Shown here in pieces: positions 31,757-41,604 of a DNA stretch of 64,000 bases. The notes beneath the pieces are model-generated. The model searched no databases. It was given only the letters and a program-made list of their open reading frames with translations, and had not been told where the DNA came from. Each line of letters opens with the position of its first letter. Within the stretch, counting starts at the first letter, position 1. The DNA lies in contig CAVSHR010000009.1 in the NCBI GenBank assembly GCA_963727625.1, positions 224,001 through 288,000 of the forward strand, in the 5' to 3' direction. The stretch comes from an uncultured delta proteobacterium. Lineage in GTDB: Bacteria; Desulfobacterota; Binatia; UBA9968. Both the position numbers and the translations under genes were made by a program.

Positions 31757-32163
31757 TTACCTCTCGTGGAGATTTTTGACGAACCCGCTCTTGTCAAGCT
31801 CTTCGACGAAACTCGAATCGACGAAGTCCTCCGGTTTATGCTTTCAGAGCTCCAGGCGAGTTCGCGCGAGATATTCGCAGCGGGTCTTCATGCCCTTGCT
31901 CTTCGAGTAAGGCGCCGCAATGCGGTACTTGGCGAACAATTCCCAGAATTCCTGCGCCAGCGAGTCGTCGTTCAACCGGAGCATTTTTTTGATAACTTTT
32001 TTGCCAACTCAGGCTCCTGTTTGAAGCCGACGATGCTTTCGAGACGAGCGCGCACGGACCGCATCACCAGATCCCGATCCTGCTTGATCGGGGTGCGCGT
32101 GGTCGCGCTCTCGCTCCAGGGGTAATCGACTTCTCTAAAAAACTTCCCGCGACGGTGAGCCAT
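31757..32163 (-). pseudogene. 3' remnant of an ABC substrate-binding protein gene (SsuA/THI5-like)
   Basis: Frameshifted pieces DYPWSE..TTR..IKQDRDLVMR and KPEDFVDSSFVEELDKSGFVKNL*; N-terminal part absent. Confidence 0.7.
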
Positions 32164-32282
32164 CGTTGTTCAGCTTTTCTAGCGGTTGGTTTTCCTGGCA
32201 TTTAGTCCTGCGTTTGGCACAATGTCAATCGGGGTTCTTGGCGTTGACAAGTCCCTCCGGTTTGAAATAAGTCACAAGTCAT

Positions 32283-33302
32283 ATGCTACCTCAACTACCA
32301 CGCGAATCGTTGTCAGACCTGTGCCGGCGGATGTTCGTCATCCGCCACTTCGAAGAGAACTTGGTCCCGCTCCATGACAAAGGAGTGTTCGGCGGACACT
32401 ATCACCTGTACGTCGGCCAAGAGGCCACCGGCGTGCCGGCGATCTCCTGCCTGCGCGCCGACGACTATCTCTTCACCACGCACAGAAACCACGGCCATCT
32501 GCTCGCCCGCGGCGTCGAGCCGAAAAAGCTCTTTGCCGAAATTCTCGGCCGCGTCGACGGCTTGAATAAGGGCAAGGGCGGATCTTTTCACTCGGTAGCC
32601 CCCTCGCTGGGCTTTCTCCACAGCTCCGGCGTGGTCGCCGGCATTATTCCGCTCTCGACCGGGACTGCGTACGCGGCGAAGGCGCAGAACAACGGCCGCA
32701 TAACCGTCTGCTTTTTCGGCGACGGCTCGATCGAAGAAGGTGCCGCGCCGGAAGCGTTCAATCTCGCTTCGCTATACAAATTGCCGGTGCTCTTTCTTTG
32801 CGAAAACAACGGAAAATACGGCTCCGGCCGCGCGGTGGCGGCGGCGCAATCGTCGTCAATGGCGGCCTATCCGCTGACCGATCTGCCAAAGGCCTATAAA
32901 ATACCCGCCCAGCAGATCGACGGTATGGATGCCGGCTTGGTGCACGCGACCGTTTCCGAAGCGGTGCAGAAAATCCGCGCCGGCGAGGGACCGCAATTTA
33001 TCGAAGCGCAAACCGTTCGTTACCCGGGCAGCGAGACCAACTGGCCCGTGGTGCCACAACCGACGAATACGGCGCTCGCCTGGGACGTGAGCAGCGTGCC
33101 GGAAAAAGCCCGCGAGTGGTACCGCTCCTGTGATCCGCTGCTGATTTACATTCGCGAGCTGGTCGAAGCCGATCAAGCATCGAAAGATGAAATCGCCGGC
33201 ATCGAGCGCCAGGTCAAAGCCGAGATCGCGGCCGCGGTCGACTTCGCGGTCGCCAGCCCCCATCCCAAACCGGAAGAAGCGGAGAAAGATTTTTTCGCCT
33301 GA
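32283..33302 (+). CDS. TPP-dependent dehydrogenase E1 alpha subunit (divergent)
   Basis: HLYVGQEA, HRNHGH, GKGGSFH, GDG...ENN; RxxGH loop reads RYPGS. Confidence 0.9.
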   Translation: MLPQLPRESLSDLCRRMFVIRHFEENLVPLHDKGVFGGHYHLYVGQEATGVPAISCLRADDYLFTTHRNHGHLLARGVEPKKLFAEILGRVDGLNKGKGGSFHSVAPSLGFLHSSGVVAGIIPLSTGTAYAAKAQNNGRITVCFFGDGSIEEGAAPEAFNLASLYKLPVLFLCENNGKYGSGRAVAAAQSSSMAAYPLTDLPKAYKIPAQQIDGMDAGLVHATVSEAVQKIRAGEGPQFIEAQTVRYPGSETNWPVVPQPTNTALAWDVSSVPEKAREWYRSCDPLLIYIRELVEADQASKDEIAGIERQVKAEIAAAVDFAVASPHPKPEEAEKDFFA

Positions 33303-33311
33303 GAATTGACT

Positions 33312-34283
33312 ATGAGAGAACTTGCCTACTACGAAGCCAAATTCGAAGCGTTGGAAGAACTCATGGCGGCCGATCAGCGCGTCCATCTGATCAACGGGAC
33401 GTTTTTGAGTTTGAGTCCGCACCGCCACGTCTTTCAAAACCTCAAGAGCAAATACGGCGAGCGCATGATCTCGCCGCCGATCTCCGAGCTTGGCTTCTGC
33501 GGCCTCGCCACCGGCGCGGCAATGGCCGGGCTGAGACCTATTGTTGATCTGAGCACTGGCAGTTTTATTTATGAAGCCTGGCCGCAGGTCGCCAATGAAG
33601 CGGCCAATGCTTTCTCCATGTCAGGCGGTCAGACCCGCGTGCCGGTGGTGTTTCATCTGTTTCACGGCCTGCGCGGCGGCGGTGCGGCGCAGCACTCCGG
33701 CAGCCCCCAGGCGATGCTGTGGAATGTTCCCGGATTGGAGATCGCGATTCCGTCTTCGCCGCGCGATGTGAAAGGCTTGCTCAAGACCGCCGTCGCCTCA
33801 GATAACCCGACGATCTTCGTCGATCATACCCGGTTGCTCGATATTCGCGGTGAAGTGCCGGAGAACGACAAACCGATTCCCTTCGGCGTCGCGGATACCA
33901 AACGCCAAGGCAGCGACGTCACGTTGATCGCGACTTCCTACACCGTCCAGGTCGCGCTTCAAGCCGCGGCGAAGCTCGCCAAAGAAAACATTGAAGTCGA
34001 AGTGGTCGACCCGCGAACTTTGGTGCCCTTTGATCTGGCTACGATACTTTCATCGGTTGAAAAAACCCATCGGGTCGTCATCGCCGACGAAACCCATCAG
34101 AGCTGCGGCGTCGCGGCGGAAATCGCCGCGCGCATCGCCGAGACCGGTTTCGATAAACTCAAAACTCGCATTCGCCGTGTCTCCACGCTCGACGTGCCCG
34201 TGCCCTATAGCCCGCCGCTGGAAGCGCATATCGGCCCGTCCGAGTCGCGCATCATGGACGCGGTCAGGGCGGCAGTGGCGTAA
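33312..34283 (+). CDS. TPP-dependent dehydrogenase E1 beta subunit (divergent)
   Basis: PISELGF, GLRPIV, AQHS, EVVDPRTL.P.D. Confidence 0.9.
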   Translation: MRELAYYEAKFEALEELMAADQRVHLINGTFLSLSPHRHVFQNLKSKYGERMISPPISELGFCGLATGAAMAGLRPIVDLSTGSFIYEAWPQVANEAANAFSMSGGQTRVPVVFHLFHGLRGGGAAQHSGSPQAMLWNVPGLEIAIPSSPRDVKGLLKTAVASDNPTIFVDHTRLLDIRGEVPENDKPIPFGVADTKRQGSDVTLIATSYTVQVALQAAAKLAKENIEVEVVDPRTLVPFDLATILSSVEKTHRVVIADETHQSCGVAAEIAARIAETGFDKLKTRIRRVSTLDVPVPYSPPLEAHIGPSESRIMDAVRAAVA

Positions 34284-34358
34284 AGTTGGTTCGAGTTCAG
34301 GGTCTTGAGTTTCGTGTTTATCTGAGGAGATAAGGCTCTTTGCAGCGCCGTCCTCGGT

Positions 34359-34385
34359 TGTCATTTCGAGCAAAGCGAAAAATCC
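34359..34385. repeat. Short intergenic repeat unit (GTCAT...GAGC..AGCGA type)
   Basis: TGTCATTTCGAGCAAAGCGAAAAATCC; related copy at 35449-35476. Confidence 0.45.
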
Positions 34386-34459
34386 TGCTTTCCGAGCGGA
34401 TGTTAGCGATTCAATGAACCATTGCTGACTATCGCATCCGCCGTTTTTAGGTTGGGCGC

Positions 34460-35425
34460 ATGATGGCCAAAAAACAATCTGTGGACTCAATCGGTCTAAT
34501 GCGCCGCATGTGGTTGATTCGCGCCTTTGAGGAAAAGCTCTCCGCGCTTTACGCCGAGCGCCAGGTCGTCGGCCTGCTTCATCTCGGCATCGGCCAGGAG
34601 GCCGTCGCCGTCGGCGCTTGCAGTCTCTTACGCACCGACGACCTGGTATATGGCGGCCACCGTTCCCACGGCCACGCCATCGCCAAGGGCGCGGATATCA
34701 ACCGGCTGATGGCGGAAATCGCCGGGCGCGCCACCGGATACTGCGGCGGCAAGGGCGGGTCCATGCATATCGTCGCCAAAGAATGCGGCTTCGTCACCGC
34801 TACCGGCGTGGTCGGCGGAACCATTCCCCTCGCACTCGGCGCCGCCTTCGCCGCCAAGGAAAGAAAAAAAGGCCAGGTCGCCGTAGTCTTTTTCGGCGAC
34901 GGGGCGGGCCAAGCCGGGCCGTTTCACGAGTCTCTCAACATCGCCAGTCTCTGGCGATTGCCGGTCATCTTCGTCTGTGAGAACAACGGCTACGCCGAGT
35001 TCACGCCGCTATCGGCGCATACCAAAATCGAGCGGCTGGCGCGGCATGCCAAGACCTATGGGATCCCGGCCAGCACCGTCGACGGCAACGATCTGTTCGC
35101 CGTGCGGGCCGCGATGACTCGAGCCGTCGAAAAATGCCGCGCCGGTAAAGGACCGGTCTTCGTCGAGTGCTTGACTCACCGCATGCGTGGCCATTACGAG
35201 GGCGACCCGGCAAAATACCGCCAGCTCTCTCAGCTCGCCGAGTGGAAAAAGAAAGATCCCATCGCCCGTGTTGCACGGGCATTGAAGAGTAAAAAGCAGA
35301 TTACCGACAAAGAGCTCGGAGCGATCGAGCGCCAAGCCCGAGAACGGATCGAGCGAGCCGCGGAATTTTCCCTTTCTTCGCCGTGGCCGGCGGCGGAACA
35401 GGTCGACAGCCAAGTGACCGCATGA
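34460..35425 (+). CDS. TPP-dependent dehydrogenase E1 alpha subunit (AcoA/PdhA-like)
   Basis: HLGIGQEA, GKGGSMH, FFGDGA...CENN, RMRGHYEGD. Confidence 0.93.
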   Translation: MMAKKQSVDSIGLMRRMWLIRAFEEKLSALYAERQVVGLLHLGIGQEAVAVGACSLLRTDDLVYGGHRSHGHAIAKGADINRLMAEIAGRATGYCGGKGGSMHIVAKECGFVTATGVVGGTIPLALGAAFAAKERKKGQVAVVFFGDGAGQAGPFHESLNIASLWRLPVIFVCENNGYAEFTPLSAHTKIERLARHAKTYGIPASTVDGNDLFAVRAAMTRAVEKCRAGKGPVFVECLTHRMRGHYEGDPAKYRQLSQLAEWKKKDPIARVARALKSKKQITDKELGAIERQARERIERAAEFSLSSPWPAAEQVDSQVTA

Positions 35426-35448
35426 AGTAGAAAATATTTGCTCGCGCC

Positions 35449-35476
35449 GCCACCCTGAGCGACAGCGAAGGGTCTC
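35449..35476. repeat. Short intergenic repeat unit (G.CA.CCTGAGCG..AGCGAAGG type)
   Basis: GCCACCCTGAGCGACAGCGAAGGGTCTC between E1 genes; similar to 34359-34385. Confidence 0.45.
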
Positions 35477-35534
35477 GTCGGATCGCAGATCGGCGGCGCA
35501 TTACACTGACAAATTATTGCAGATCAGAGCAACG

Positions 35535-36512
35535 ATGCCAGCACAGACTTACCTAGATGCAATCCGAGCCGGTCTCGCCGAAGAAATGCAGCGCGATTCT
35601 TCGATCTACGTCTTCGGCGAAGACGTCGCGCTCGGCGGTCCCTTCGGCGTCACCAAAGGACTCGTTGAAGAATTCGGTGTCAATCGAATCGTGAACACGC
35701 CGATCAGCGAAGGCACGGTCATGGGCCTTGCCATCGGCGCGGCGACTGCGGGGCTCCGGCCGGTGGTCGAGATTATGTTCATCGACTTCATCACACTGGC
35801 CATGGATCAGTTAATCAACCACGCCGCGAAGCTCCATTACATGTCCGGCGGGCAGCTAAAAATTCCGTTGACCGTCCGCGTGCAATGCGGCATCAGCGGC
35901 ACCATGGGCGCGCACCACTCGCAGAGCCTGGAAGCTTGGTTCGCGCATGTTCCCGGTTTGAAAATTGTCATGCCGGCCAATCCCGCCGACGCCAAGGGAC
36001 TACTCAAAGCCGCGATCCGCGACGACAACCCGGTGATCTTTGTCGAGCATCGCGGCCTCTACTGGACGAGGGGTGAAGTTTCCGACGGTGAGACCATCGT
36101 TCCAATCGGCAAAGCATCCGTTTTGCGCCAGGGCGAGCACATCACCATCGTCGCACTTTCGAGCATGGTCGTTCCGGCCTTAACCGCGGCTCGAGAATTA
36201 AATGCAGAAGGAATTTCTGCGGAAGTCATCGATCCGCGCAGCGTATCGCCTTTAGATGTCGCAACGATCGTCGAATCGGTGAAAAAAACCAGCCGGCTGA
36301 TCATCGCCCACGAGGCCGTCGAGCAAGGCGGCATCGGCGCGGAAATTGTAGCTCGCATTCAACAGGAAGCATTTTATCATCTCGATAGCCCGATCATCCG
36401 CGTCGCCGCGCCTTTTGCACCGATCCCTGCCAGCCCAACTTTAGAGGCACGATTTTTACCCGGCAAAGAACGGATCATCGACGCGGTGCGCCAATTAGTC
36501 GGTAGGATTTAG
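35535..36512 (+). CDS. TPP-dependent dehydrogenase E1 beta subunit (AcoB/PdhB-like)
   Basis: GEDV..GGPFGVTKGL, TPISE, EIMFIDF, HHSQSLEAW. Confidence 0.93.
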   Translation: MPAQTYLDAIRAGLAEEMQRDSSIYVFGEDVALGGPFGVTKGLVEEFGVNRIVNTPISEGTVMGLAIGAATAGLRPVVEIMFIDFITLAMDQLINHAAKLHYMSGGQLKIPLTVRVQCGISGTMGAHHSQSLEAWFAHVPGLKIVMPANPADAKGLLKAAIRDDNPVIFVEHRGLYWTRGEVSDGETIVPIGKASVLRQGEHITIVALSSMVVPALTAARELNAEGISAEVIDPRSVSPLDVATIVESVKKTSRLIIAHEAVEQGGIGAEIVARIQQEAFYHLDSPIIRVAAPFAPIPASPTLEARFLPGKERIIDAVRQLVGRI

Positions 36513-36566
36513 TTTGCACGGAGCACACGGCGGCCAAACGCCGCGTTTGTCGCTAGGAGGCAGACT

Positions 36567-36766
36567 TTGATCCGGATCGATTCCGATACCCACTTCACGC
36601 CGTTGGATGCTTTTGCCGATCTCGATCCCAAATATTCCGAACAAGGGCCGGGCGTTATTGCTTTGCCGAAATGTTCCAGGCCGGGGAAGGCTTGACCACC
36701 GCGGACATTGACAATTTACTAGGCAACACCGCTGCCGATTTTTTTGGCTTGCGGCACACTATGTAA
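36567..36766 (+). pseudogene. Amidohydrolase_2 gene reduced to its two ends
   Basis: RBS AGGAGG + MIRIDSDTHF (metal motif), joined out of frame to LTTADIDNLLGNTAADFFGL (typical C-terminus). Confidence 0.7.
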
Positions 36767-37050
36767 CTTAATTTTAGTTGATCCCACGAAATTGACAGCC
36801 CCGACAATTTCAATGACAGTTTCAATCGGCGCCAAAAGACGGGTGAGCGCAGATATTTGCGCGCATTCGCTAAACCGCTTCCAATCCATAACCACTTCCA
36901 CCGACACCAGCGCGCCGCAAAGTCTCGCTTTATGCCGCTCACCGCCAGCCCTGACACGCGCATGACATGAGCTGTCTGGCAAAACCGCGCCGGTGGCGGC
37001 TCGCGTCCGGCAAAAAGCACAAAAATCGATTATAAAGCTGCCCGATAATC

Positions 37051-37066
37051 TGGCACGGCACTTGCT
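37051..37066 (+). promoter_or_regulatory. Sigma-54 (-24/-12) promoter
   Basis: TGGCACGGCACTTGCT, exact TGGCAC-N5-TTGCW consensus. Confidence 0.85.
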
Positions 37067-37104
37067 TAGCCTCTCTATCAGTTAAGAAAGGTGGAGGTCA
37101 AACC

Positions 37105-37314
37105 ATGCAGGAAAATTCCCGCCGCGATTCAAAAATGATTTCTTTAGATCAGACTGAATTGCACGCGGCAAAATGTGAAAAGTGCGGCGCAAAAATTTAT
37201 CCTCAATCCCTTCTAGAGCCGCATCTGACGCGCCATCGCCGCCGCAAGCGGTGGTTAAATGGCGAGTTGAAAAAGCTGCAATTCACCTTCTCTCATATGC
37301 GCGATTTCGCTTAA
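37105..37314 (+). CDS. Small protein with C2H2-like zinc finger
   Basis: CEKC-x11-H-x3-H; strong RBS GGAGGT; sigma-54 promoter upstream. Confidence 0.7.
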   Translation: MQENSRRDSKMISLDQTELHAAKCEKCGAKIYPQSLLEPHLTRHRRRKRWLNGELKKLQFTFSHMRDFA

Positions 37315-37437
37315 GCTGTGCTGCGAACTTCCCCGGTTGGGGAAGCTCTCCCTGACGAGCCCGTGTGCGCCCCCACGTGCGCGGGCTCGTCCCCTCCACT
37401 CAATTAGCCCGTTATATTTTCTCCGATCTTGGCCGCA

Positions 37438-38415
37438 TCATATGGGCAAACTCGTCAGTATACCGTCCGCCATGTTGTATGCCGCCGCCGAGAGCAACTG
37501 TCCCATGGTCAGAATTCCTAAGTAGCTTTGCAAACGGGAATGCGCTTCACGGCCTGCCGGACGAGGTGCGGTTGTGGATGAGGCGTTTTCCTCATGGTAA
37601 GCGTACCCGGACAAGAAGCTGAAGGATTCCATGCGCTCGCGCACTTTGGCGATCGATCCTTGATCCCAAGCGATATCGAAGCGGCTTTTTTTAGGGGACT
37701 TAAAAACGATGCTCGCACAATCTTCCAAATAGCGTGGTTCGGCTTTGACACCGATGAAAGAGCAAAGCTCCTCAAGATAAGGCTTGGGGTCGTCGATGAA
37801 CGACTCCAATCGTACATCGTAAATTTGTGTCGGCTGGATTTGCTTCTTTAGCCGCTCGATGCTCGAGCAGAGTTGAAAAAACACCTCGATGTGCGTATCC
37901 AATGTCTTGCGCGGACCGCGACGGGCCATCGTAGCAAGCGCGTCGTAAGGGTTTCGAATCACGTGGACAAACTTCAACTCATTGGCGATCTTATCTTTCA
38001 CGAGCTCGACTAACCCGGGATCAAGATAGAACCGCATCGCTGAGGTCGCACCCTTTTTGTCGCCTAAAACCTGCAGTTGTTCGAATCTCCCTTGCCACTG
38101 ATTGGGAACTTCGTAGGAGTAGCCGCTGTGGCTCCGGCCCGTAGCAGCCATTTTCCTGGAATTCTCCAACAGCAGGTGAAACACTTGCTGCCGGCTAAAC
38201 CCCCGCTGAAATAATTTTAGCGCGTCCAATTCATGGGCAACGACGATCCTCGGGTGGGCATCGAGCAAAGATCCGATGAGACTGTGCCCGGTTCTCGGAT
38301 AGCCGACAAACATACAATAGGTTTGAATGCCGCGGAAGGATTCGGCATTGCGCCTGTTTTGCAGCAACGAAGTTGCGTACAAACCCACCAGCTTGAGTCT
38401 TTTTCTAAGTGACAT
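37438..38415 (-). CDS. Sulfotransferase family protein
   Basis: GYPRTGHSLIGSLLDAHP (5'-PSB loop), HVIRNPYD (3'-PB). Confidence 0.85.
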   Translation of the reverse strand: MSLRKRLKLVGLYATSLLQNRRNAESFRGIQTYCMFVGYPRTGHSLIGSLLDAHPRIVVAHELDALKLFQRGFSRQQVFHLLLENSRKMAATGRSHSGYSYEVPNQWQGRFEQLQVLGDKKGATSAMRFYLDPGLVELVKDKIANELKFVHVIRNPYDALATMARRGPRKTLDTHIEVFFQLCSSIERLKKQIQPTQIYDVRLESFIDDPKPYLEELCSFIGVKAEPRYLEDCASIVFKSPKKSRFDIAWDQGSIAKVRERMESFSFLSGYAYHEENASSTTAPRPAGREAHSRLQSYLGILTMGQLLSAAAYNMADGILTSLPI

Positions 38416-38520
38416 GAACCTTAAATTTCTCCTTTCCTCATGCAGCGCGTTTTCTAGAAGTCAGGGTAGGCTGACCCGCGCAAAAGCCGAAGCATGATTG
38501 CTGCAAGCCGTGTTCGGTGA

Positions 38521-38961
38521 CTATTCGAAGAAAGCTCCCTCGATCAACACGGGTTTGGCCGCGCCCTGCTCATGGGTCCGTCCGGGAATCGCCGTGCCAT
38601 CGGGATTGAGCCGCTGATCCGCCATATCCGAACCCGCGCCGATGCGCGCCATCACCAGTGGATCGCTACCCGAGTTACAAAACTGATAGTAGCTGCCCGC
38701 CGGTAACACGATCGCCTGATGCTTCCCCGCGTTGAGCACCGCCTTGCCGTCCCGGCCGGTGTTGAATTGTGCCGTGCCCTGCAAGACCAAAAAAATGTGA
38801 TCTTCCTGGGTATGTGCGTGCAATGCATTTTCACCGATGCCGGGTGCATAGCAATGGATGCGCAACGTCATCAGATCGGTTTCGGCGAGCATAGACCTGG
38901 TATGCCCCTCTTTGACCAGTTGGGTTTTGAGCTGCACGACCTTCGCTTGCTTTTCTTCCAT
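38521..38961 (-). CDS. Cupin domain protein
   Basis: GENALHAH..EDHIFLVLQG, LPAGSYYQF; RBS GGAG before ATG 38961. Confidence 0.85.
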   Translation of the reverse strand: MEEKQAKVVQLKTQLVKEGHTRSMLAETDLMTLRIHCYAPGIGENALHAHTQEDHIFLVLQGTAQFNTGRDGKAVLNAGKHQAIVLPAGSYYQFCNSGSDPLVMARIGAGSDMADQRLNPDGTAIPGRTHEQGAAKPVLIEGAFFE

Positions 38962-39144
38962 AGGAACTCCCAAGGCACCGAAATTTATTGTGCGAGCCGA
39001 TTTTAGGTCAGTCGTCGGGTCGAATGCAAACGCGCCGATCGGCTCACCAGGTTCGACTCGCCATAGGGATGACCGTTGCAATTCCCGGCGCGCTCGGCAT
39101 AGTTAAAAGCTCCGACCGATCGAGCTCAACCTTGACGCCGCTGT

Positions 39145-39420
39145 TTGCTGAAATTATCGCCATCTGTTCAGCCATGGGCTGGGCGACGGATTTTTCGCCT
39201 TTTTTGCGCCGCTCTGGTCGCCGCATCGGCGCAAGTGGCGAACTTCATCGCGCTGGGTCGAGGGCAGCTGTCGGTCATCATTCCGCTGCTCAATACCACT
39301 CCCCTTTTCACCGTGTCCTTCAGTGCGGTCTTTTTACGCAACGTCGAAACGGTGAACTTGCGTATCGTTCTCGGCGCGGCCTTGATGGTCGTCGGCGTCG
39401 TGCTGATCACGTCTCGCTGA
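39145..39420 (+). pseudogene. C-terminal fragment of an EamA/DMT transporter
   Basis: NFIALGRGQLSVIIPLLNTTPLFTV..SAVFL...RIVLGAALMVVGVVLIT; no N-terminal half. Confidence 0.7.
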
Positions 39421-39693
39421 GCAACCACCGGTCGACTCTCTGCGCCGTACTCCGACTTTTTCCGAATGCTCTTGTTCCGGGGCGTACGGGGAGCTAAATT
39501 GCCATAGAATTATCTTCTAAACAGACTTGACTTAAGTTTTTAAAGTGATTAACCAAGGCTGAGAATTCAAATCCCTCGATTGTCTCATAACTCAAACCTG
39601 CTGTTTTATCAGTTGTGCGCCAGGGATCGGGGAGCCCAATGAACTGTTTCAGCGGCAGCCTCAGCTGCAAGAAAACTAACGCGAGGTAAAGAC

Positions 39694-41076
39694 ATGGCAA
39701 CCCAATTGAGTGCTGCGATTGCAGAGATGAAGGGCGCGATCAAAGGCCGGGTACTGACTCCTGACGATCCTAATTACGAAGAAGCGCGCCAAATCTGGAA
39801 TGCCATGATCGATCGCCGGCCGGCGGTGATCGTGCAGTGCGCTGAGGCTGGCGACGTTCCACCCGTCATTGCATTTGCGCGGCGGAACAAACTGGAACTT
39901 TCGATTCGCGGCGCCGGACATAATATCGCCGGAAATGCCGTTTGCGACGGCGGCGTGACGATCGATTTTTCAAACATGAAGAACGTCCGTGTGGATGCCG
40001 GAAAAAGGCGCGCCACCGTTGATCCGGGCGCTACGCTCGCTGATCTGGACGCCGCAACGCAACGCAATGGCCTGGCGACGCCGGTCGGCATCAACTCGAC
40101 GACCGGTGTCGCCGGCTTAACTCTCGGCGGCGGCTTCGGTTGGCTGACACGCAAGTACGGCTTGACGATCGACAATCTCGTCGCGGCGGACGTGGTCACC
40201 CCAGACGGTAAGAAACTACGAGCCAGTGAAAGCGATAACCCGGATCTGTTCTGGGCGATTCGCGGTGGAGGCGGTAATTTCGGTGTCGTCACCCAGTTCG
40301 AATTCACGCTTCATCCGGTGGGTCCGGAAATACTCGCGGGCTTGATCGTCTTTCCCTTTGCGCAAGCGAAGCAGATTCTTGCCCGCTATCGCCAATTTAC
40401 GGACACCTCGCCGGAGGACCTCAATGTCTGGGTCGTGTTGCGCAAGGCTCCGCCGCTGCCCTTTCTCCCTGAAAGCGTGCACGGAAAAGAGGTCGTCGTT
40501 CTGCCGATGTTTTACGCAGGCAACGTTGCGGAAGGCCAGAAGCTGATCGACGAAATTCGTGCCTTCGGCGATCCTCACGGCGAGCATATCGGTGCTCAGC
40601 CCTACGTCGAGTGGCAGAAGGCGTTTGACCCGTTGCTGACGCCGGGCTCGAGAAACTATTGGAAGTCCCATAATTTCACGGAGCTTACCGACGGCGCGCT
40701 GAATTCAATTATCGAATTCGCCGGCAAACTGCCCTCACCCCAGTGCGAGATTTTCATCGGCCATATCGCCGGTGCCGCCAATCGGGTGGCGCCCGACGCG
40801 ATGGCTTATAGACATAGGGACGCGAAGTTTGTCCTAAACGTTCATGCGCGATGGGACGAAACCAAGGATGATCCGGGGTGTATCGCGTGGGCGCGCGAGT
40901 TCTTTAAAGCTAGCGCACCCTACGCCTCCGCCGGCGCTTACGTAAACTTCATGACCGCGGAGGAAGGCGACCGGATCGCTGCCGCCTATGGATCCAATTA
41001 TAGTCGGCTGGTGGCAATCAAAAAGCGCTACGATCCGGAGAATGTCTTTCATCTTAATCAGAATGTTAAACCTTAG
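39694..41076 (+). CDS. FAD-binding oxidoreductase (VAO/berberine-bridge family)
   Basis: WNAMIDRRP, RGAGHN (FAD His), GLTLGGGFG, RGGGGNFG, YVNF, KKRYDPEN. Confidence 0.93.
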   Translation: MATQLSAAIAEMKGAIKGRVLTPDDPNYEEARQIWNAMIDRRPAVIVQCAEAGDVPPVIAFARRNKLELSIRGAGHNIAGNAVCDGGVTIDFSNMKNVRVDAGKRRATVDPGATLADLDAATQRNGLATPVGINSTTGVAGLTLGGGFGWLTRKYGLTIDNLVAADVVTPDGKKLRASESDNPDLFWAIRGGGGNFGVVTQFEFTLHPVGPEILAGLIVFPFAQAKQILARYRQFTDTSPEDLNVWVVLRKAPPLPFLPESVHGKEVVVLPMFYAGNVAEGQKLIDEIRAFGDPHGEHIGAQPYVEWQKAFDPLLTPGSRNYWKSHNFTELTDGALNSIIEFAGKLPSPQCEIFIGHIAGAANRVAPDAMAYRHRDAKFVLNVHARWDETKDDPGCIAWAREFFKASAPYASAGAYVNFMTAEEGDRIAAAYGSNYSRLVAIKKRYDPENVFHLNQNVKP

Positions 41077-41430
41077 ATGACCGCGGCATTGCTTTTGGTT
41101 CTCGCCCTCATCGCCATTGCTGCCAATTCGGTCGATGCCCGGCTCGCGCAACTCGAGCCGGGCATCGACCCTCCACTTGCACTTGCGCGCGGTTAGTTAC
41201 CGGCACACCGAAGCCATGGCTTATTGCCCGCTACCGACGAGCTGATGCCGGGGTAGCATTTCAGAGCAACCGGACTTCCGCGGCCATGCTCTTGCGGTGG
41301 CAATCCAGAATTTCAATTTTTCCATGTCGGGCCGCGGGCAGCTATCGGTCATCTTTCGGCTGCTTAACACTACGCCCTTATTGACAGGGTTTATCAGTAC
41401 GATGTTTATGCGCATCGTCGTAACCGTGAC
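41077..41430 (+). pseudogene. Two decayed EamA/DMT fragments
   Basis: 41077: MTAALLLVLALIAIAANSVDARLA..EPGIDP resembles the N-terminus of 48479..49339; about 41300-41430: GRGQLSVIFRLLNTTPLL resembles 39145..39420. Confidence 0.65.
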
Positions 41431-41604
41431 CGCTTCGTCTTTGGAACGGTCTTAAAATGCTGGCCGGAGTCATCCTAATAACCGGTCGTTGAGCGAGAGT
41501 CATCGTTAAATTGTCCACACGCATGGCCTCCGGGCCTTGACATAGGCCGGGCGCGTTCGGATAGTCTAGACGTAAATGCTTTTCGGCCGTCGTTCGGCAA
41601 CGCT

